Assembly: GCA_964016885.1 (NCBI GenBank)
Contig: OZ024742.1
Span: forward strand, 134,292,001-134,356,000
Direction: 5' to 3'
Source of the DNA: Eledone cirrhosa
Taxonomy: Eukaryota
Length of the DNA: 64,000 nucleotides
Shown: in pieces, positions 52,031-64,000 of the stretch
How positions within the stretch are numbered: the stretch's first letter is position 1
How the letters are laid out: each line of letters begins with the position of its first letter
The notes under the pieces: model-generated
Told to the model about the DNA's origin: nothing
The model's database searches: none
The model's input: only the letters and a program-made list of their open reading frames with translations
Translations under genes and position numbers: made by a program

Positions 52031-52916
52031 AAATAAACACACGGGCAGAAAGGGCCCCAAAAATGAATAAGCATAAGTTTCATTGTAATGTAGTATTCGA
52101 ATGTCTGACTTAGTTTTTGTTTTTTAAGTTTTACTTTTTCCCCCCTCTTCTCTGTCCGTCCGCCTGCTTCTCTCTTCATTCTTATTTTCTTTACGTTTTT
52201 GGGGTTTCTTTTTTTGTTTTTGTTTTTCTCTGTTTGTTTTTCTCGTTTTTTGCTGTTGTTGCTGTGCTGCTTTGGTTTTGTTGTTTGTTTTTTCTTTTTT
52301 CTTTTGAGTCTATCTATATATTTTGATGCCTTCCTCTTTGTTAGTAGTAGGGATTCTATAATGTGGAAGTAGTAGTAGCAGCCAGCAGGGAGAAGTGGGA
52401 GAGGGCGGCGTTGGCGATACTGAGACAGTGGTGGCGGTGATGCGACCGTATTACTGTAGTGATGGTGCTGTAGCGGTGGCAGCAGCAGTGAAGGAGTCAA
52501 GGGGTGGTGGCGGCGGTGATGGGATAGTGGTGGTAATGATGGCCGTAGTGAGCGGTGGCGGTGAACGTGAAAATGCTGTTGTGTTTAGTGTACACAGATG
52601 ATGGGGTGGGTGATGTATCTAGGTTATGGTGTTGGTGAGTTTATCTGTCCTATATAGTGTAGCCAGAGGAGAGGAGGGGGGGGGGGGTTCTTCTTCTTCC
52701 ATTTATAGCCATTTTTTTTTTGGATATACAGTGTACAATACAAAGTTGAATATTTGAATATTTGAGCCTTATAACAATATATTTTGGGTCCGAATTTTTT
52801 GGGGCTCAAGCCGGGTGCTTTACGTAGCATTTGTACTAAGAGTTGTTATTTCACAAATGATTTAAATATGTTAAAAATTCAAAACTTACGGGAGCGATTT
52901 CATGACCTCCGTCACC

Positions 52917-52918
<2 letters not shown>
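52030..52918 (-). mobile_element. Probable 5' end of a second Tx1-like family
   Basis: Starts after (AAT)n with tgacggag...ctcccgtaag, like the Tx1 5' motif; A-rich run then ATGGCT and low-complexity ORF1-like sequence. Confidence 0.45.
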
Positions 52919-52966
<48 letters not shown>

Positions 52967-52967
<1 letters not shown>

Positions 52968-53130
52968 GAGCGTCGGACGCCATGCTTTGCAACATGGAGT
53001 TACGGGCCTTTACTATCTGAGTTCAAATCCTGCCGAGGTTAACTTTACCTTTCATCCTTACGAGGTCGATAAAATAAAGTACCAGTAATGCACTGGAGTA
53101 ATTGCTGGCCTTGTGCCAAAAGTAGAAACA

Positions 53131-53131
<1 letters not shown>
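52967..53131 (+). mobile_element. SINE with (ATT)n/(AGT)n tail
   Basis: Match to the SINE family. Confidence 0.85.
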
Positions 53132-53173
<42 letters not shown>

Positions 53174-53189
53174 GTAGTAGTAGTAGTAT

Positions 53190-53257
<68 letters not shown>

Positions 53258-53649
53258 TGCAGCTATTTGTTGATGTTGCTGTAACTATGACTATTACTAT
53301 GATTAGTTTTCTGGTTTGATGGATGAGTTTGGATTTGATTAGCGCCTGTTCAGCTATCTGTTGGAAGCGGTTTGACAGTTAATTAAATAATTCTCTAACT
53401 TGTTTTGACAGTTGTACAATAAACAGAACAAGCGATTCTAACTAAATTACTGTAGACTGAAGAATGACGGTAAGATTGACAGCTAGATAGTCATACGCAT
53501 GCATGCAGTCATACGTAGCATACAGACTTGGTGCACCAAAGACGACATACTTACGTACACACAAATACACAAACAAGGACACGGATACACACTCACACAC
53601 ATGCACACACAAAGACAAGCGCGCATACACTCTCTCACACACACACACA

Positions 53650-54320
<671 letters not shown>

Positions 54321-54559
54321 CGCCATAGAAAACGGGCAGATTAGAGACTGTGAGAATCATGTCGACGCACATGACGTGTCGCTCAATGCTAATTATTTCT
54401 ATGTTGATGATCATAGAGACGCTGATTATTACGATGCAAATTGTGTTGATGGCGCTGTTGGTGCTAGTTGTGAGGTACTGATCTTGTCTACAATGAAGGT
54501 TCTGGAGATGAACTGCAACATACCACTGATTATTAAGCTATATTTTTTTACATATTATA

Positions 54560-54910
54560 ATTGTTTCTTATATAGGCACAAGGCCACCAATTTTGGGGGA
54601 GGTGAAAGTCGATTGAATGATCCCAGTGCGTGACTAGTACTTTATTTTATCGACCCCGTAAGGATGGAAGGCAAAGTTAACCTCGGCGGGATTTGAGCTC
54701 AGATCATAAAGAACTGTAACTCTATGCGTCAAAGCATGGCGCCCGGCCCTCTACCGATACTGCCAATCCACCGGCCTTTTTACATATTATAATTGTTTCT
54801 ACTTTTGGCACAAGGCCAGCAATTACGCAGTACATTACTGGTACTTTATTTTATCGACCCCGTATGGATGAAAGGCAAAGTTAACCTCGGCGGGATTTGA
54901 ACTCAGATCA
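54560..54910 (-). mobile_element. Two SINE copies (54560-54775 long form; 54792-54910 partial)
   Basis: Reverse-complement match to the SINE family. Confidence 0.85.
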
Positions 54911-55170
54911 TAATGATAAGAAAGGTGATGATAAAGAGTATGACAATTAAGACGTTGATGACAATGATGATGATGACATGAAGAGATGATGATATACTGC
55001 TGCTACTGTTGATGATGTTGCTGATGAATGAGAAGAAGATGATGACATTGGTGATTATGGTGATGATGATTGTGATAATAGTGAAAATGATGGTGAATAC
55101 GGATAGGGCAACGATAATGGTTGACTTCGTGAAGATAGTCATCATTTTGATTATTTTGATGATGAAGAAT

Positions 55171-55372
55171 GGCGGAATATTGCGGTATATCGCGGAATAT
55201 TGCGGAATATAGCGGAATATCGCGGAATATCGCGGAATATTGCGGAATATCCCGGAATATTACGGAATATCGGGTAATATTACGGAATATCGCGGAATAT
55301 CGCGGAATATCGCGGAATATCGCGGAATATTGCGGAATATTGCGGAATATCGAGGAATATTGCGGAATATTG
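55171..55372. repeat. 10-bp minisatellite (GCGGAATATY), about 20 copies
   Basis: Direct reading. Confidence 0.95.
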
Positions 55373-55659
55373 TAGAAGTCAATGATATAATTGATTTGGT
55401 TGTAACTATGGTTATTGCTGTTGTTATTCTTGCCACTATATCCATTTAATGATTACTTGTGACTGTATTGAATGTGGCGTCGATGGGGCTGATGATGACC
55501 GGGGTAACAATGATGGCGATAATGATGATGATGGTGATGGGGAATATTGACAAGTGTTGCGATATTTGTTGAGGTACTGATGGTGATGTGATGATATTGA
55601 TGATATTGCTGACGATGTTAATGATGTAGATGACGACGACGAAGACGACGAAGATGATG

Positions 55660-55691
<32 letters not shown>

Positions 55692-55921
55692 GATGATGAT
55701 CTGATGATGATTATGATAGCATTCGTGATAGTATTGGCGTTGTATTTTTCAAGTTATTTACATTTTGTACTTGAATACTATCCTGAGAATCTTCACTCGG
55801 TCAATAGAATAATGTATCAATCAATTATTTTTCGAAAAAATGTCAACAACATTTCTGTCCCTTTGTCTTTTTTTAGGACAAAGGACAGTGTATTGTCAAA
55901 GGCTGTTTACAAAATATAATA

Positions 55922-56088
55922 TTTTCTACTTTAGGCACAAGGCCAGCAATTACCCAGTGCATTACTGATACTTTATTTTATCGACCCCGTAAGGATGAAT
56001 GGCAAAGTCAACCTCGGTGGGATTTTTAACTCGTATCGTAAAGGGACGTAACTATGCTGGAAAGCATGGCGTCCGACCCTCTACCGAT
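55922..56088 (-). mobile_element. SINE
   Basis: Reverse-complement match to the SINE family. Confidence 0.85.
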
Positions 56089-56170
56089 TATAATGCTTTG
56101 CTATCTGTTTTCTTGTGCTGATCTCAAACCCTGTCAATAATCACTACTCCTTCATTCTATTTAAGTAATT

Positions 56171-57010
56171 GTGGATAGAATTCAGAATAGGGGATACCAA
56201 CTACAGCCTAAGAGAAGCTCACGCTACCCAGCAAAATACTTGACCGACACCGACTTTGTTGACGACATCGCATTGATCAGTCGGTCACTGGAAAATGCTG
56301 AGAGTCTTTTGAAGTCATTGGAGCAAGCGTCCAACTGTGTTGGACTGTACCTCAACGAATCCAAGACCGATTGTGTGAACAGATGCGTAAACAGCCCAAA
56401 CTACCCCACCAGAACCCTTAATGGTACCACCCTTAAGCAGGTGGAAAATTACAAGTATCTTGGCTCATATTTCTCCTCCTCCAAAAAATATTTTCTAGCC
56501 AGGAAGGGTATGGCATGGTCAGCGTGCAATGACATGCACGCCATATGGACTTCTCAACTTACCAACAAGCTAAAACTGGAAATATTCCAAGCAACCATAT
56601 TACTTTATGGATCCGAAACTTGGACACTAACATCACAACTTGAGGGGAGATTGGATGGCATATATACCCGCCTCTTAATGAGAGTGCAAAACCTATCCTG
56701 GAAACGACATCCCACATCGTCTAAAATCTATGGCAAACTCCCTCGAGCCTCTGTCCTTCTAAAATCCCGGAGAGCTCAATTTGCTGGCCACTGTCACCGT
56801 GCCAGCAATGAAATCATATCCGCTCTCTTGCTCTGGAACCCTGACTCCAGCCTGACTAGGAGTAGGAAGCTGTCATTCCCTGACGTTATCTCTAGGGATA
56901 CGGGAATCAGTAGACAGGACCTGGGGGCAGCGATGGCGGACATGGAATTCTGGCGCATGAGGGTGAGATCCATCATCTCGACAGTAGTCGACGAATGATG
57001 ATGATGATGA
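56171..57010 (+). mobile_element. RTE-clade LINE 3' fragment, same family as 26599-28230
   Basis: DFVDDIAL, YKYLGS, LLYGSETW, QFAGHC; (TGA)n tail. Confidence 0.9.
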
Positions 57011-58582
57011 ATTGTGTGAAATTAATCGACTATGCCCGGAATACATTCAGTAAACTTATTTCAGATGATTTTCGATATATGAAAGCTGAAACGTTTGTGA
57101 AACCACGAAGAACCTTACCATATGAATAACATTACTAAGACCCTGCTAGGTTTATTACCTCAGCTGTTAAATGTGATGATGTTTTATAACCGATTTAATA
57201 GATGTGCTAAATAAGTTAATGTATCGCTGACAACGAGATGAAATCAAGACCGAGAGCAAAAGGTTTGGAATTCCACTCGAAATTGACAAATATCTTGAAA
57301 ACCAGTGTTTTCGTACGCCGAGACTTATGCTATAACATGTTGGCTAATGTATACAAATGGCACAATTATTAGGTAATATATAATATTTTACATACGTCTT
57401 TTCTGGCGTTAACTTAAAAATGGTTCTATTATGAACCAAGTACGGTGTTACATATCCAGTCTATGCATTTGCCCCTTCTTTCACCTTGTATATATTTCAA
57501 GCAAAGTTATTTTATAGCATCCCAAACGTCATTATTAAGTGGAAAAACAAATCTAGATCTATCATCCAATAATTAAAGACAGCGTAAATGAAAAAATAAA
57601 AAATAAACGCTCTCATTCTTCTCACGTAATTTCGAAAGAAAAACTAAAATAACACAAGTAAATCTCATGAAACCGAAAATAATGTGTAAAAAGAGCAAGG
57701 AAAAAAGAATTCAGTGGTTTCTAAATAACCTAACTATAGGATGACAGTTTAGAAGACTTGATAGAAATAACAATAAATTGCTGAAAAGAAAAATATGAAG
57801 CATTGTTCCTCAATAACTAGGAAATGATTCTTGTCAAGAAAAGTTGGACTTTGAATGAAAATTATCTTAGGAAGTATTTAACATATTCTAAGATATTTTT
57901 AGAATTTGTCTGCTTTTTCTAGTGAAAAGTGCAGTTGTGATCTTCACTAGATATAATCGGATAATAGTTATTTGAGGCTTTGCGTTAACATCGCAATATA
58001 AATGTCACTTTGATATCTAAGACAAAAACAAAACTCAACCATATTTCTTTATACTGCAATTTATGTTAACAAAACATGGCGTATTGCATAGTTACAACCA
58101 TTATTTAAAGTGTTAATAATTAATGTTCTGGTCACATGTCGTCTCAATATAATGATGAAATCAATTTTTAGATTTCTCCTATTGTTAATTATTCTGAGAT
58201 TACCATATGGTATAAAGTGATATTTATATAATAAACATATTATTTTCCTTAGTTTCAAAGTATATATATATGACACAAGACACCAAGGGGTAATCAGATG
58301 TTTCGTATGTCATTTATGTCGAAAATATACATAGGATTGTGTCCCTGTTCTTTGACTCAGTAATGCAATGTTACAATTCACTGATCTTTCATATATTGTC
58401 TCCAAATCTTCCTCTTATATTTATAGCTAGATACATTACACCAGGAATGTAAAGAGTTATGTGTTTTGCATCAAACCCTAGTACAGTAGCAGCGATAGTA
58501 TACCAATACAACGGAGTGTGCTGGAGAGGTTAGCGGTCAATATTTTAAGGAAATATCATTGACATTACTAACAATTTAAGTT

Positions 58583-59124
58583 ATCATTGTAAACAATATT
58601 CGTTGTTGATATAAAGTTTATATCAACACGAATAACGTTTAATTTCAACAGAAAAGGTGATCAGTATCCGTGATAAACAAACAATATATGATGGAAAGAA
58701 GTCAAATGGTAACGAATTATATTATTAAGCATTAATTCGATCCCTGTATCTAGGCAAAATTTCAACCGACTTTGATCGCTTACGTTTACCTATATTATCA
58801 AATTTGCATTTGATGATTTAACGTTCTTCGCACATATTACGTTAGACAGAACTAAGTAAAGAGCAGCAGATATATTTCTGAAGATTACAAATGAAGAGAA
58901 ACAATTTGAGTTTCCTGCAACACACGTTTAGTTTGAAATTATTTCTAAGTAAAATAAACATTAGATATGTCAAATATGTACATTTTTCTTGGTGGACACA
59001 AACATGATTCATACATATACCTTATTACGTATACACATACTAAACATCTCCATGTTTGTACATTGTAAACGTTATTCGTGTTGATATAAACTTTATATCA
59101 ACAACGAATATTGTTTACAATGAT
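58583..59124. mobile_element. MITE-like segment with 59-bp perfect, self-palindromic inverted repeats
   Basis: 58583-58641 is the exact reverse complement of 59066-59124. Confidence 0.6.
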
Positions 59125-60533
59125 TGTATTGCAAACACTCTTCGTGTTGATATAAACCTTATCGCTTCTATAAGGTTTCTAGGATTTTAAGTTAATACTA
59201 ACCACGTAGGACACCTTTTTTCTGAAAGCAATTATTGTGGACGTAATTATTAACATTAGTCCCGAAATGAGAATATTCCCTTTCCTATCGAATCAACTGT
59301 CCAGAGAAGAGGGACATATCCATGACATTTCCTTAATATACGATACAAGTGGAGATAAACAGTTTTTTCTTCTGAAGAAAACAGTCATTTGCAAATTTAA
59401 AATCGTATGATTCGGATTGGACAAATTTAATTTTTTTTTCAGAATCCCAGCTTTTTCCAGAGGCACGTGTTCATATGTGTATTCAAGGTATATACATATT
59501 CCTTTTTATGCCTAATATTTAATATGAAATATATTTCTTGAGCGTTTCACGTAGGACTACGCTCGGTGTGTTTAGTTTCTAGACATGCATCAGGTATTTT
59601 ATAATCAATGTAGAAACTAATTTGTATAACCAAATCATAAATAATTCGCCTTTAGATCCTACACTATTATGTTACACATAATCATGATAAGAACGTCAAA
59701 TAAATAGCAAGATCATCACCTTCAAAGAATGTCTTGAATTATGTGTATTGTTGTATACAATATTTTCTCATGTGCCTATTTCATAAAAATATCAAATAAT
59801 AATTCTTGGAATGGTATCAAATAATAATTATTAGAATGGCTCTGATCATAGGTGTGGACCAGATCTTTTCGCCCATTATAAATAGCTGTAGTAACAACTA
59901 AAGCAATAACAAAAGCATACTCATTCCTTTAGTAGCTACGGTATAAAATGAGCTTCCATTTAAAATCGATTCAATTATATTACAGCATTTTAGGCTTCAA
60001 AATTAAAAGTTCTCATCCAAAACATAAATCTGAAAAAAATCACTTTTTGACGGCAATATGCTGTAATATAATTTATATCTTCAATTTGAAGAAATTTTTA
60101 TATAAAATATTTATAACCTTCCCTCTTCTGATTCTTTCAATATTTATGCCATCAACCTTTAAATCTTGTTTTGGTAATAAAATCAAACCACATTTTGCCT
60201 CTCTGTAATATACAATTATCTCAGCAGATATTACTTCAAGATTAGAATTCCTTACACAAGATAATCACAAGAATATTATTTGAAAAGAAAATTTACATTT
60301 TCAAAGGGTGAATAATTCCATTATCAACATCATATCCATAACTTTACTGGACACTCTAAATTCCCTGAATCATAATTTCATATTTATTATAATATTATAA
60401 TAACTATTACAATATTTAACTTCAAATCAGTTTTGGATATTCGAGATTATTTTCAGCCACTGTACAAGGAAATGTACATACACGCACACATAAACTCATG
60501 CGCACATATTACCCCTCCCCATATATATATATA

Positions 60534-61416
60534 GGATGATATTTGTTCGTGATTTTCAACTGCTAATTTTATGCAAACTTTTTTTCAGTTCCGTTGTCAC
60601 ACTTTTCTTCATAAAAACAGTGACTATATTTCCGTTATTTATTTTCAGAATAATTGATTATGAATAATTTTGAACTTCCAAATTTGTGGAAGAGAAACGG
60701 AGTTCTTCTTGGAATCCGCGCCGGGAGGACAAATAAGACCAGAATATCAAGTCCCAGAACAACAGGTTGCTCACTGTCTCTTCCAAAGACGTGTCCAGAG
60801 TCATGCAGACAAAGTTTCCAGCGACAACATTAGTCTTAGGTGTCGTCAGCAGTCAATGTGATGTCATGCCACCTCACTTCTTCCCTGAGGGCCTCAAGCT
60901 GAACATCGATGGCTACATCCGCGTTCTGAGCGAAGTAGTAAAGCCCTGGATCGACCAGGTAACTGCAGGTAGGCCGTACGTGTGGCAGCAAGACTCAACG
61001 CCCTTCCATACCAGCCGAAAGACCCAAGCCTGGCTGTCAGAGAACTTCGTCGACCACACTTCACCTGACATCTGGCCTCCCAGCTCACCTGACTGCAACC
61101 TCCTCGACTTCTTTGCGTGGGGCGCAGTGGAACGAGACACCAACAGATCTAGCTGCAATACGAAAGACGATCTGAAGGCCAGGATCACAAGTGCCTTTAG
61201 GGGCCTAATTCGGGGGACAGTGACGAAGGCCTGTAGCTGGTTCCGAGGCCCCCTTGAGGCCCTCATCAAAGCCAATAGCGGGTTTATCGAGTAAGATCGA
61301 AAACACAAGTCATGAAGACAAACTGACCCAAGTTTGATAAATATATCTTAAAAAGTAAAACTACTGTTACAATTTCCTAGACAGTAATCTTGCGAACAAA
61401 TATCGTCCGCACCGTG
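60534..61416 (+). mobile_element. Tc1/mariner-superfamily DD37D (maT) transposon, internally deleted
   Basis: WQQD-x37-D with WPPSSPDCNLLD; TIR remnants ggatgatatttgttcg and cgaacaaatatcgtccgcaccgtg|TA. Confidence 0.85.
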
Positions 61417-61420
61417 TATA

Positions 61421-61477
<57 letters not shown>

Positions 61478-61499
61478 ATAACATTATGACCATGAAGCT

Positions 61500-61790
61500 T
61501 TCAGTCAACCCTGTTCACCTGTCCATGGCTTGGCATGGTCTAATGAACTTAAGCTTACAATTTGTTGATTCATTCGTCTCCATCATTATCCTTTTTGCAG
61601 TATCTTTGAATCTCAGTAAGGTGTTCGTTGGTTTCTTTTCCCGTGCATAGTTAGGAATAACATATTTCTCTTCGGAATCTGCTGTTGTCCATCTTGCGTA
61701 TGTATCGCAACCATCGTAAATTTCCATCAATGCCGATTTCCATCTCAGGAGGCTGAATAGAACGCAGGAAAAACCGTTTATTCTTGGTAG
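61500..61790 (-). mobile_element. Old RTE (BovB-like) 3' remnant
   Basis: LRWLRYIRKMDNSR and LLRFKDTAKR remnants. Confidence 0.5.
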
Positions 61791-61858
61791 AGAAGTATTA
61801 TTTATATCCCGATATATATATATATATATAGTAAATAGGGAACAAAGAACCAGTATTA

Positions 61859-61894
<36 letters not shown>

Positions 61895-63807
61895 TGGAAA
61901 AGTAAATAACAACAACAATGAGTATAGTTCAGAAAGGTGTTAACTATTAGATTCACGCTTGAGTGTGGAGGAATGTATAAAATTAATGTGTTATATATCC
62001 ATGAAGATTACCTCTTAGTGGCGAGAACATATTACAGTGTAAGAAGTCCCAAAACATTCAACGTCAGTAGTGTATCAACAGGGTGATAATACCCTAACAG
62101 CGACATATATATATATACCTGCATAAATCCATTACATACTTGTATAAGCTTCTGATGATATCACATGGTGACTGTCAATGATTTAACCATTGCATGGTTA
62201 TATATATCTCATGTTACAACGTTACAAAAAAAACATTCTGTAAAATTAACACTTACTTGACACTATGTTTGTTTTTGCTTGTTTGGTTGTATGTGTGTTG
62301 GAATTGTGTGGCTTTGTGTGTGTGTAATTGATTATAATGCAATATTCCACTATTAACGTTGAAACAATCAATGACTGCTTAAGGCCTTCTGTATGTAATT
62401 AATTCAAAATAATCGAAAAAGTTTCATATTTACCAGACGACAGAGTTGTTACTGTCAATTAGGAGCTGTTGGTATAAATCATTATTGGTAAAGAAGTGAT
62501 GATAATCATGTATCTAAAAGCATTTACAGCTCCACAAGTATAGAGTAGTTTAGGTTATATAAGTGATTATTATGTAGTATTCCACTATTAATTGTGGTAA
62601 AGTTTGGAAAATAATATGCGCTCTTAATGTTTTAAATATGTAGGAAATTAAAAATAATCGATTAATCTTCCAAAAGTTAAAGTTCCCTGCTGTTGAAGAG
62701 CATGAGGCAAGCAGAGCATAAATATATAACCAAGGATTTACAAATTAAATACAACTTTAATATCTAGAATCTTTTCTATACATGTGATAATCTTGCATGT
62801 TTTGAATTCCTTACTTGCTGCAACTATTCAGAGCGCATTGATCTTTTCATCCCTTACGAAAATAAATAGTGGGATATTCCATTATAATCACTTACATATA
62901 CATAAACTTATACATAGTATATATAAAAATAAATTAATTAATTCATGAGTATTTAAATCGGTTACCCCCGAATGAACACTGGACTCACATGTGTATATAG
63001 AAGCTGCGATTAGAATCTTTTGAAAATAATCCTCAGGAGCTGGCACAAAGCACTCAATGAGATATCGATAAATCGATAAATTATAGCTCAGAGTAATAAA
63101 CATACGTCAAAGGAGTGACGAATTGAAAATTATGGCCGGATAAAAGTTGCCACAAATGCCATCACAACGACGAAAATAAAAACAGTTTGTATACGAACCC
63201 GGACCTGATCGATAGATACTATATAAATATCTTCGATTGGTTTCTGGGTATCCAAAATCGGCACTCCAGGTTGTGTAATATGCAAGTCAGTAATATATCC
63301 TAAGATCGAACGTGGGAACCCCTTTTTCAACAGGCATTTTGTTCTGTATATCAAGAGCTCGCCATGATGACTCTGCTGTCAGGCACTGTAGTATCAACTA
63401 TGGCAGCGGATCCCGTGTTCTTCCTAAAAAAAGGAGGAAGGTTCACACCCAGGTCTTTGGCGAGAAACTTCAAAAATGGGAACCAAGGAATCTATTCACA
63501 GCCTCCCAAATAAGCTCTCGACTATGTTATCGACCAAACAAAGATAAGTTTTAGTTTGATATCAAAGAACTATCGGTTTCTATGTATTAGCTTATGTAGG
63601 CTTACATCCTGCAGTATATATAATTATATGTGTAAATATTTGCCAGTTGGGTAGTGGTGTGGGTGTAGTCTTGAATTACCGACAGTGATAGAATAAACAA
63701 CATAGTGTAAAATCATTATCTTACATGGCATATATATATATTGAAATACACGTAAAGGCACATGTATATAAATCTAAGTATATATTTTACAATTATACAT
63801 GTTCATT

Positions 63808-63863
<56 letters not shown>

Positions 63864-63881
63864 CATATATATGTGTGTGTG

Positions 63882-63929
<48 letters not shown>

Positions 63930-64000
63930 TTGAATTGTCTGTGAGCGTGTATATGTGCATACTACGATCAATAATACATGTATCAATTAACCAACTTGAT

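Noticed and set aside
55169-55449. Repetitive AEYCGISRNI ORFs
   Set aside because: Translation of the 10-bp minisatellite.
57056-57105. CAGATGA...GAAAC...GTG hammerhead-like string
   Set aside because: Two core defects (U4A and a GUG triplet) and no repeat context.
62150-62200. CTGATGA followed by a short hairpin
   Set aside because: No GAAA or stem III at a suitable distance.
62940-63560. Possible decayed LINE endonuclease region
   Set aside because: No motif clear enough to support a call.

Overview
AT-rich, repeat-saturated animal genomic DNA with long (TA)n, (ATT)n and (TTC)n microsatellites. The tRNA-type SINE family and repeat landscape suggest an octopus-like cephalopod (inference). 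I can support no host protein-coding gene; almost all ORF-track entries are microsatellite artefacts or transposon remnants. Recognisable elements: Penelope-like (GIY-YIG) fragments, R4/Dong RLE LINEs (one with a near-intact 1128-aa ORF), a head-to-tail trimer of Tx1/L1-type LINEs, RTE LINEs, a decayed Ty3/Gypsy pol, a Chapaev3-like transposon, a DD37D maT transposon, a non-autonomous Helitron and about 11 SINE copies. The main result is a dense cluster in the first 30 kb of about 20 hammerhead-ribozyme (HHR) motifs, read by eye, from at least six different repeat units (about 310, 313, 430, 592 and 680 nt, plus a 2.1-kb pLTR pair), mostly embedded in (TA)n. The best case is a perfect 310-bp array (15091-17927) with nine intact minimal type-I hammerheads, which fits a non-LTR retrozyme predicted to yield a 310-nt structured circular RNA. 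Three different families share one architecture: a tandem arm plus an inverted arm, diverging from a central junction. One family carries a compensatory U3-A8 core. Ribozyme activity and expression are predictions, not demonstrated.
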